From: Octopus sinensis
Lineage: Eukaryota
Direction: 5' to 3'
NCBI RefSeq assembly: GCF_006345805.1
Contig: NC_043006.1
Span: 76,818,001 to 76,882,000 of the forward strand
DNA length: 64,000 nt
A program made the position numbers and the translations under genes. Below the pieces are notes generated by a model that made no database searches, was not told where the DNA came from, and saw only the letters and a program-made list of their open reading frames with translations. Positions 41,968-52,737 of this stretch are shown here, one piece after another (the stretch's first letter is position 1; each line of letters opens with the position of its first letter).

Positions 41968-42054
41968 GCAGATTGTCTCAACATGGTCTGTCAACCGTGT
42001 CAGACTTAACTTACTACGACAAACATTGTGACTTGTTACTCACACACAGATATA

Positions 42055-43049
42055 GCGGGGAACCTTCCAGAAATTTCTAACACCAGTTGTGTGACTAACC
42101 TCTACAAAGACGTCCTATTCAATCAAATACTGATTTTGAGCTCTGAACTCTCAATAAAATTAGAGCAAGCTTGAAACACAAGTTAGAAGCGAGACAGCCG
42201 CGATATAAGCAATGTTTTCTATTTGAATATTAAGTTAAGTTATTTTTATTTGGCTCAAAAAGCAAAAGCAAGGCCATGTAGGGGGACATGGAATTATGTA
42301 CAAGGAGGATGTTCATGCAAAGAGTTCAGGCCATTTCTGGTCAAGAGAGTCTTTGAACCGAGCGTTCACTATCTCGTCCGGCAGCTTATTCCACGGATCC
42401 GCAACCCGGACGGAGAAAGCCCCTCTCCTTCGATTGAGATGAAATCGTCGCAGATAGAGCTTTTCGGAGTGACCCCGCAGCCGATGCTCTGGAGCAGGAG
42501 TGAAGAACAGCTCTTTCGAGAGGTTACACTTTCCGCTTATGATGTTGTGAGCAAGAATGATATCAGCACGGCGGCGGCGTTTTTCTAGAGAATAAAGGTC
42601 GAGCGTCTTCAGCCTTTCTTCATAAGACAAATATTTTGAAAATCAGTGTAAACTTTAAAATCGGGTAACTTTAAACAAGGTAACAAAATATATTTTAACT
42701 ATTGTCAGTGCATTTTCAACTTATGTACTGTAACGTGACACTAGCACACGGACGTAGCTGGAAGCGTACAAATAGTTATGAACTTAAGCATATGTTCATT
42801 CCCTACATACACATGACAGAAACGTCCGGAGCACTGATTGTTTCAACATGCCCAGTCAACCGTGTCTGCTTTAACTTACGACGCCAAAGACGGAGCTTAT
42901 GTCGTAGTTGTCTTCTTTCTGACTAATGTTTCAAGCGTGCTCTAGTTTTATTGAGAGGTCATAGCTCAAATTTGTATTTGTTTGAATAGGACTTGATTGT
43001 AGAGGACAGTCACCTAACTGCTCTTAGAGACTTTTTGTAGGTTCCCAGC
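42055..43049. mobile_element. MITE X copy 2, containing a CR1 insertion
   Basis: TAGCGGGGAACC...GGTTCCCAGCTA termini; inverted relative to copy 1. Confidence 0.75.
42231..42628 (-). mobile_element. 5'-truncated CR1-clade LINE 3' end
   Basis: ORF MSYEERLKTLDLYSLEKRRRRADII...RGHSEKL...FSVRVADPWNKLP...FKDSLD fits the CR1 ORF2 C-terminus; AATAT on both sides is a possible short TSD. Confidence 0.88.
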
Positions 43050-43159
43050 TACGTCCGTGTGTGGTAGTATGGTAAGTAGCTTGCTTACTAACCACATTGT
43101 TCTGGGTTCTGATATAAATAGATATATACATATATATTTATATATATATATACATATAT

Positions 43160-44395
43160 GGTAGCAAGGTGCGTATTCCCACGAGGCAGAAAATATAGGA
43201 TAATTTGATTTTGAAAAGTCACTGAATTTGAAAAACTTGTTTTTAAATAACTTTATTTACATACATCCCAAACTTGTTTCAACGTTTTGTTTTGTTTTAT
43301 TTATCAATCGTAAAAATATTTATAAAACAATTTTTTAAATGTAAGGTATACTAGCCATCTCAATATGGTTAACCACTAAGGGTGGGTGTTACTGTAGCTT
43401 GTAGCCCCAGGAGATCATCGTCTCCAGCTGGCTTTAGACACACTTTCTGTGCCCTTATGGTATTTGCAAAGAGAGGTCATCCCACCCTCGTCAACCTGGG
43501 TGGCACGCACGGACTGCAGTTTCTAGGTATTTGCCTGTCTTCAGCGTACGGCAGTTACCGGTTGTCGATGAAGGGGGTCCCGATGCAAATCTTTATATCG
43601 TTTTTCCAGTAACTTTTCGTCACTGATCTCTAAAAACTGTATGCAAGCAACAATAAATCTCTGAACAAGATGTAAACAGTAAAACAAAATTGAAAATTAC
43701 GAAGTAGAAAATACTTTTCAATGATTAAATGTTCACAAAATTCAATGACAGAGGGGAAAAAATGTCAAAAATGAACGGCGAATAAAAAGAAAAGTATGGA
43801 ATACTGAAAGTTCGGTCATACTGAGTTATTATATAGCATTAGTGGACAAGAGAGTGAAAGAAAAGAAGAGAATAATAGAGGGTGTTTTAGACTTTCTGTC
43901 ACCTTGCGTGTAGATCATTATTCTGTTGTGTACAAGACTTTTCGCTTTTAACGAAGTGTTTTGGAATCGGCGAATATCATCTAAAGGTATATGTGAAAGT
44001 ATCTAATATGTAATTCATTATAATTCTGATGACGTCTTATTTTTTCTGGTGGATGTTTTTGATAAAAACATGGATTTCGTTTTGGCATTAGCGATTTGGG
44101 TGGTTCGTTGCTCGGTTTGTCGCTTGGTCGGTCGGTTGGTTGGTTGATTACTTGGTTGGTCCCCTGGATACATTCCGGCTATCTCACACCTATTAAAAAT
44201 TACCATTACAAAATTTGGTTATCTCCCCACTAAGAAATTTAGTTTCTGGCGGCAAGACATTGAATTAATAATGTTAGATTCCTTTGATTCAATACGTCAC
44301 CATGTCGTTCACACTTGGTCTCCTGAAAGTGCATGCTATAATTTTTTATTAAAATGTTATAAGATTCAATAACATGAATAATATTTTCAGATGAA
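43160..44395 (+). mobile_element. Foldback family single arm, interrupted by an insert of about 330 bp
   Basis: Colinear with 36290-37200 apart from about 43345-43670. Confidence 0.8.
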
Positions 44396-44414
44396 TATCT
44401 TTTCAAGGTCCTTA

Positions 44415-44431
44415 ATCAGTGTTGTTGTTGC

Positions 44432-44471
<40 letters not shown>

Positions 44472-44490
44472 ATTATTATTATTATTATTA

Positions 44491-44559
<69 letters not shown>

Positions 44560-44582
44560 TACTATTACTATCATTATTATTA

Positions 44583-44619
<37 letters not shown>

Positions 44620-44685
44620 TACTATTACTATCATTATTATTATTATTATATATTATTATTATTATTATTATTATTATATTATTAA

Positions 44686-44758
<73 letters not shown>
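44415..44758. repeat. (TTA)n tract, about 340 bp
   Basis: Directly visible. Confidence 0.97.
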
Positions 44759-44761
<3 letters not shown>

Positions 44762-44800
44762 GTGTGAATGTGTAAGTATGTATGCATGTATGCATGTATA

Positions 44801-45670
44801 CAGGGTGGGGTGAGTAAATTGTCGCCATTGTGTATTTTGAATTTCACACATGTTCATTGTTTGTTTTTATCGACGACACAATATGGTAAGGTCAGTTGTG
44901 CACCGTCTGAGAGAAAAACAGCACCATGACCCAATTCACTGTGACAGAAATTTAGAAATGACATGCTGTACTTCTTGACATTCGCGCCTAAATCTCCAGC
45001 ACGAACAGATGGTGAACACACAGAAAACTTTTTGGCTTGCTGTGTCCCCAAAACATGTACCGAGAGTAAAAAAAATCCTTTCAACAGCATAGTGTTTGGA
45101 GTGATCACTAGTAATGTAACTTTATGCTTCATTCATATTCCCTCTTGTCCTCAGATTCAACACAGAGGCCTACGTCTAGTGTCTGGAGTAGGTAGTGCTG
45201 CCTTGCGTCAAGAGGGTGGCTGCTAGAAGATCTTTTGTCTGGCAAGACTCTACACCATGCCACACAAGTAGCGGAACCCAGTCAGGCTGTCAGACGATTT
45301 CTGCGAACACATCACCCTTAACATCTGACCACCTAACACCCCAGACTGCAACTCCATTGATTATTATTTGTTGGGTACAGTTGAGCGAGAGACCAACAAA
45401 ACCCCTTGTAACACCAATGATGAACTGAAGACAACGATTATGGCAGCCTTCATGAACCTAAATAAGGAGACCGTGCAGAAAAGTTGCAGGAGATTCCTAA
45501 GTCGTCTGGAGGCCATAGTTGAAGCCAATGGCGTTTTATTGTATAAATTTACTTTTTAATATGTCAAGATATTTTTATGTAATTTATGTAATATATCTGT
45601 TAAAATGACGAGTCAATGTTATTTTCATTTTTGCGTAATTTAGACGACAATATATTCACCGCACCCTCTG
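44801..45670 (+). mobile_element. Internally deleted maT/DD37D-like element with both TIRs
   Basis: TA|CAGGGTGGGGTGAGTAAATTGTCG ... GACAATATATTCACCGCACCCTCTG; fragments MVFGVITS and RRFLSRLEAIVEANG. Confidence 0.85.
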
Positions 45671-45744
45671 TGTGTGTGTGTATGTGTATCTCTCTCTTTT
45701 TCTCTTCCTATCTCTTTCTCTCTGTCTGACTGTCTGTCTGTCTG

Positions 45745-45795
<51 letters not shown>

Positions 45796-45829
45796 ATATA
45801 TATGCATATAATTGTGTGTATATCCTGTA

Positions 45830-46035
45830 ACTTTTTTTTGTTTGTCATTAGACTACAGCCATGCTTGGCTACCACCTGGAAGAATTTTTGTCAATTGAAT
45901 CACCCCTAGTACTTATTTCTTTTCTTAAATCTATTTCTTATTCTATCGGTTCCTTTTGCCTAACTGCGAAGTTTTGAGGAAGTAAACCCACCAACATTGT
46001 TTGTGAAGTGATGATGGGGGACAAACACAGACACA
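45830..46035 (-). mobile_element. SINE family A, degenerate 3' half
   Basis: Contains TTATTCTATCGGT and GGGGGACAAACACAGAC (reverse complement of family A body). Confidence 0.6.
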
Positions 46036-46118
46036 AAACAAATACTCACATATATATATATATACATATACATATATATATATGCACAAACATACGCACT
46101 GACATATCTATCTATCTA

Positions 46119-46160
<42 letters not shown>

Positions 46161-47312
46161 AGTGTGTATATTTGTGCATAAACAAATACGCACAAACACA
46201 CACTCATATATATATATATATGCACAAATATACACACTGACATATATATATATATATGTGTGTGTGTGTGAGTGTGTGTGTATGTATGTATATAAATATC
46301 TGTGTGAGTGTGCGTGCGCGTTGTGTATATAACATGCTCTAATGGCTTGCAAATATTCTTTGCAACAACTAGTCCTTAGTTCGGTCCTCCTGCATGGCAT
46401 CGTGGCTAAAATAAATTTTCTAAAACTTCAATTTGACGCTGTGACTTGTGAATAATTTGGAGCAAGAGAAAACCGTATAGAAGTCCGTCGAATATATGGT
46501 TTCCCTAATTTAAACGTACACCCTTGTCATGCAGTGTATCACTCTGATTCTGATTTAGAATTTAATAGAAAATACATGTGTCTACGAAATATTCAGCTAC
46601 TTACATGCAAATTCAATATGAAGGCAAAACAGCTGAGCTAACGACTCGATCATTATCACCTAAAACGACGGAGTTCTATCCAAATATGTATGTATACAGG
46701 TACGTGTACAATCTGTCGAGCTGTATGTCTCTAGCTGACCTACCTGTCATGCGTCAGAATTTATTTCATTATTCATATTCTCCTCCTCCTCCTCCTACCC
46801 AACCTGCACTCATGCTCGTATGCAACAAAACACACTATTTCTCCTTCCTGCTTTAGGCTTTTTTAACTTTGGCTCCTATTTCCCACCCATGCTGTTGTCA
46901 TATCTTTCTCATTGTTTTTGCTTTGAGATAGTTTCTTCTAAGAGTTTTGTCCCTGAGGGATTGAGAAACAAGCGTTAGTACTTCATCTTTATACGATTAC
47001 ATCAACAAAATTGCAAAATACTACAGCACTAGCATTTAATCACAAGACAAGACTCTACCGAATAACAACTAATCTATCTTCCACATATCTTGGTAACTAA
47101 GTGTAGCATGTAAGCAAAACGACAAAGAAAATATCACTCTGCTAAAAATAGATGCTAAATACACCTGAAGATCACAGACTATTGCCTTATTGAAGAAGGT
47201 ATCATTTCTTCAAAAGTGATACTACATACACAGTGCAAGAAATTGAGGCAGTATTGTCAGGATTGCAATAGCTTACACTATTCATCGGTTGGGGGAAACT
47301 TTACGTTGATGC

Positions 47313-47417
<105 letters not shown>

Positions 47418-47419
47418 GC

Positions 47420-47758
47420 TTTTACTCTTTTTCACGTTTCAGTCAGTGGAGCACCGCCTTTAGTCGAACAAATCAACCCCAGGACTTATTCTTTGTAAGC
47501 CTCCTACTAATTATTCTATCAGCTTCTTTTGCCGAATCGCTATGCTTTGAGGGCATAAACACACCAACATCGGTTGTGAAGCGCTGGTGGGTGGGCGAAC
47601 ACATACACAAAGGCACACACATAAATATAAATACATATATATATATACGACGGGCTTCTTTCAGTTTCCGTCTACCACTTGCTCAAGGTGTCACGCAGTG
47701 AGACTGAACTCAGAACCATGTGCTTGGGAAGCAAGCTTTTTACCACACAGCCACGCCT
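47420..47758 (-). mobile_element. SINE family A with internal deletions
   Basis: Reverse complement of tail, body and head (CCACACAGCCACGCC). Confidence 0.8.
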
Positions 47759-47778
47759 GTATGAATGCATGCATGTAA

Positions 47779-47926
<148 letters not shown>

Positions 47927-48197
47927 TATATATTTTGATGATTCACGACGTCCCCTTGCGAGAAATAGTTGCGGTCGGAGTGAAGTTTGAGTGTTAGCTC
48001 GAACTGAATACGCAGGGAAATCGGAAGGTGTCGTCTGATTTGTTCGTTTGCAATATTGTTTGTTGGTTCGTGAAGAGCTTGTTGGATCGTTACGTTGTTA
48101 TTATGACTGCATCATTATCTTGTTTATTGTTATAACACTGGTACAGTGTATCTAAACCATCCGCCACAATATCGTGGCGGTACTATAACACTGAAAA

Positions 48198-48429
48198 GGC
48201 GGCGAGCTGGCAGAATCGTTAGCGCGCCGGGCGAAATGCTTAGCGGTATTTCGTCTGCCGCTACGTTCTGAGTTCAAATTCCGCCGAGGTCGACTTTGCC
48301 TCTCATCCTTTCTGGGTCGATTAAATAAGTACCATTTACGCATTGGGGTCGATATAATCGACTTAATCCGTTTGTCTGTCCTTGTTTGTCCCCTCTATAT
48401 TTAGCCCCTTGTGGGCAATAAAGAAATAG
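48198..48429 (+). mobile_element. SINE family B inserted in the 5' LTR
   Basis: Full copy; TACTATAACA (48181-48190) and TACTATGACA (48431-48440) form a probable 10-bp TSD. Confidence 0.88.
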
Positions 48430-49722
48430 TTACTATGACATTGGAGACGGAGGATGCAAAATCTGACTACGAGGGGTCCGAAGCTCACGTAGAATATTTA
48501 ACAATTTGCTCGTGATATAACTTGTTAAATGTTGAAAGAAATATTAGCTTCTATAATGCAGTTACAAAAGCAACAACATGGACAGCAATAAGAGCAACAG
48601 AAAGAACGAGTGCAACAACAACAACACAAATTAATGGATCTATACGCAAGGAAGTCCGAAAATGCGATAAGTTCGTTTCCGCCAGACGGCGTACCGAACG
48701 CCATAACAGAATTCAATTATAACCGAGAGGATGGCATATCTTTTGCAGCGTAATACTGAAGGTACGAGGATATTTTTAAGGAAGATTACAAGATATGGTC
48801 AGACGAAGATAAAGTAAGGTTATTATTACGTTAATTAGCTCCATCTGAACATAAAAAGATACTGTAATTTCATATTGCCCAAAATGTGTAGTGAAATTTG
48901 TTTTCAGGAAACAATCAAATTACTGTTTAACATGTTTGGCGATAAAAATTCTCTATTTAACACTCGAATGGAGTGTTGGAATTTCACTAAAAAAGACGAT
49001 GATGACTTTATTACGTATGCAGGAACAATCACCAGAATGTGTGAAAATTTTGAACTTAAAAACTTACTCCTGATATGTTTAAATGCATCATTTTTGTACA
49101 AGGCCTTACTTCAAATGAAGATACAGAAATACGGGGAAGAATTCTTTCAAAACTTGAACAAGCGAACCAAAATTTAGACTGTTGCAGAAGAGTGTCAATG
49201 AATGGTGAACCTAGAACCTGATGTGAGAAAAATTCAAGAAAAAGGATTTTGCAAAAGTACAGATATATCGACCGAGAAAATATAACCAAAGAAGATTGCG
49301 AGGTCCTAATCCATGTTACGGATGTGGTGGCCTACATTTCAGAAAGATTGTTCTTTTAAAAACCTAAAGTGTTACAGCTGTCAAAAATTTGAATACAAGA
49401 GTTCACACCGCAGAACAAAATTCCGAAGGTTAAATATTAAAAAATTCTAAAGTGCTCTTAGCAAATAAGGAAATTTGTACACTTGAAAGTAAACAAGGTA
49501 AATGTTAGATTACAACTGGACACTGGTAGTAAAATTTCTATCATTTACACCGAAACGTGGAAGTAAATAGGGAAAACTATTTACATTATTGACATTTGAC
49601 GGAGATTTGTCCTCATCTTGTTTGTTGTCAACACAACGTTTCTGCTGATATACTCTCCAGCCTTCATCTGATGTCTTGGGGAAAATTCGAACCTGGGCTC
49701 TCATTCCTAAGGTATTTTTCGA

Positions 49723-49806
<84 letters not shown>

Positions 49807-51125
49807 GATTACAGGATATCGACCTGTAATTGTCTACCGTATTGCCTTTTTCGTTGTTTTACAGGCACAGCACTGTCCTACCCAATGTCAACCAAGGTGT
49901 TGAGTTGCGCAGCTATTCGTCATTGACATTCACCAAATCTTTTGATCCAGTAGCCTTGAACTCCATCTGGTCCCGGGGCCTTCCAGTTGCTCATTTTTTC
50001 CTGATTTCCTTCACTTCCCGAACTGAAATGACTAGTTCTGTCTGTTTTGGAGAGACTACTGTTTGTTTCAGTTCTTGCAACCATTCAACATCCTTCTTAT
50101 GCTCCTTCTCTTTGCACCAGATGTCACCCCAAAACCTTTGACTTGCAATATTATCTGGTATCAACTTTTCATCTGTACACTCTCCATTTATTTCTTTATA
50201 GAATATTTTCTGATCTACTCTGAATAACCTATTCAGGTGGTAACCCTTCATTCTTTGGTCGTATCTTACCATCTATGATTTCTTTGCAACGAGGCGCTGT
50301 TTCAATTCCTTCACTTACTACTTTCAGGCCCTTTCTTTCAATATTATATTTCTTTTTCAGCGCCCTGTATTTTTGTTCGCTTTTAAGCTCCCCTTTCTCT
50401 TTTCGGTCTAACACAGAGATTTCCTTCGAGAGCATGTGTCTAACACTGCCTGGATTCTTCTTTTCCACCGTGGATCTTTTCTTTTGTCACACCCGTGTTT
50501 CTTTTTCTTGACATCAACACCCACGTTTTCTGCTACAACAATACTTGCTGCCTTGATCAAATTATTTGTTTCTGTGATGTTGTTTGTTCTGATGTATTTC
50601 AGAATTTCATTGACACTTTTCGTTTCTTACTTCAATTTCCATCGATCAACCTTTTTAAGGTTGCAAATAATGTCGCTATCATTCTCCTGTAATCTTACCT
50701 TTATTCTGTTGTAGATTGTCTTTTGTTCATCTGCCATGTCACCATTAGTTTTATTATCTTCTTTTAGATCATCTATATGTCTCTCATCAAGTAAGCTATC
50801 ACTGCTCCTTTCCTGTGCTATGAGAGTACTCTTATTAGTATGAACTGTATTTTCATTCTTATCTATGCTGCTATTTTCCATGACCCGTCTTTTGATAGCT
50901 TTGAGCTCTACTTCTGTGAACCAACAATTTTCTCTTATTGCTCTAGCTTGATCACATAGTCTCTGTTCCGTGAGTTGAAACAATCCCTTTTCTCTCCAAT
51001 GATCATACATATGCCATTTTCATCTACCGGGCTGCTCAGGTAGTAACTCTGCATGACAACAGCATTAATTTACTTTATCCATCTGTGTGTGGTGGGGCTT
51101 TTCTGGATATCGACACAGAATCTCT
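49807..51125 (-). mobile_element. R4/Dong-clade non-LTR retrotransposon fragment (N-terminus to start of RT), inserted in the Gypsy protease region
   Basis: WREKGLFQLTEQRLCDQARAI...WFTEVEL, NRLFRVDQKIFY, FWGDIW, KAPGPDGVQGYWIK and NYRSISC motifs, with frameshifts. Confidence 0.75.
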
Positions 51126-52737
51126 GAGCCTACCGGTTGTAACACTGTCACCACCATTGTCTTCAGTTTCATTACCACCGTTATTCACAAACTTGCAAGG
51201 CGAAAGTTTTCGTCGTAAAGAACGCAACCAATCTGGATGGAGTTATTCGATGTATGGGTTCTCTCAATAAGACGGTACTGTAACCTAATAAACGGCTGTC
51301 CACTTGCAAAAATAATCCATCGGAGAAAAGATGAAGAAACATTATGTATAATAATTATTCACGAACTGCTAGTGACATCGCAAGATATAAAATGAAATCC
51401 GCAGAGGATAATTACATTTAAAAAAATGAAAGAAATGTTGAAAAATAAGCAAAATGACAATACAAATTCAAATAAATGTTCACTATGCGATGATGTTGCA
51501 ATATACCCACAAAGAGTGATAGTACCAACTGCACTACAGAAGCGAGTATTGTATAAATTCCACAGTGAACACCAGGGACTGTCGAGAATGAAAGCCTTAA
51601 TGATGAGCTATGTGAATTTCCTTGTGAATCGCAGTTGCCGCAGCAAAACTTTTCACACCATCATTCATTTGGTTACTTCTATTAACTCCTTCAAGACAAT
51701 GGACCAGGACATAGAAAATTGTGTAAAATCATGTAGAAGTTGTGCGTTAGCAGCCAAGGCAACACCGGTATCGTTGTTGATAGCGGTACAAAGTGGCCTG
51801 AGGTATGCAGGTACAATAGACCGAGAGCAAAGACAGCAATAAAGTTCCTGTATGAATTATTTGCCCGATACTGTGTTCCAGATACGTTGGTATGAGATAA
51901 CGAAACAAAATTTAGGGGTAGTGAATTCAAAGATTTCTGAAAAATACATACGATAAAGCATACTGACAGATAGAAAGATTCGTTGATATTTTCTAGCTAG
52001 CGTTACAAAAAAGCAAAGAATGACGTAGGAAATAACGAAGTATTAAAATTCTTGATGGTATATAGAATAACGCCTAATCCTAATACCAGTTCAGGAAAGT
52101 CTTCGGCAGTGTTAATGTTCCCGTGAAAAATAAAATCGATTTTCGAGAAATTATTGCTAGGAAAAAATATATTTAAAGGAAATAGAGAAAAGGTAACAAA
52201 ACATTTTGAAGTAAGAGATAGAGTTCATTTTTAAATTTACAAAAATGGTAAAGAGGGCTGGGTGGGTCATTTCGTAACAAAAAATTAAGTAACATGATGT
52301 ATGTAATTAAAGGACAACGTTGGGAACATAAGAGACACTTAAAACAATTAAAGATGAGACATACTGATAAGCGAAATGAAATACCAATGGAAGCCTGCAA
52401 TGATATGTTTGAGGTACCAGCGCCGAAAGAGATTGGGCCTCGTAGAAGTAGCAGTAGAGAAAGGAAACTGGCAGTACACTTAGAAATAACACCAAAAAGG
52501 AAAAGGTACCAAATTTTCTAAAACAAAAGAGAGAGAGGGACAGGGAGAGGATGAGAGAGAAATAGAGGAATGAAATAAAATAGAAAATAAAATAAATTTC
52601 ACTTCTTGGAGAAGTCGAAACCTTAAAAGGGAGATGTGATGAATCACGACAACACCCTCGCGATAAATAGACTGGACCGAAAGATTATAAATAATAGCGG
52701 TCGGGGTGACGTTTGTGTGTTAGTTCGATTTGACAAT

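Larger units (their letters stand above)
47934..52735 (+). mobile_element. Decayed Ty3/Gypsy LTR retrotransposon with RT deleted and nested insertions
   Basis: 5' LTR about 47934-48440 ending CA, then PBS-like TGGAGACGG; gag-like FNTRMECW...; protease LQLDTGS at about 49510; integrase H...H..RMKALM.SYV...C.SC; PPT AAAAGGGAGA then a 3' LTR starting TGTGATGAATCACG at 52635, similar to the 47934 start. Confidence 0.8.
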
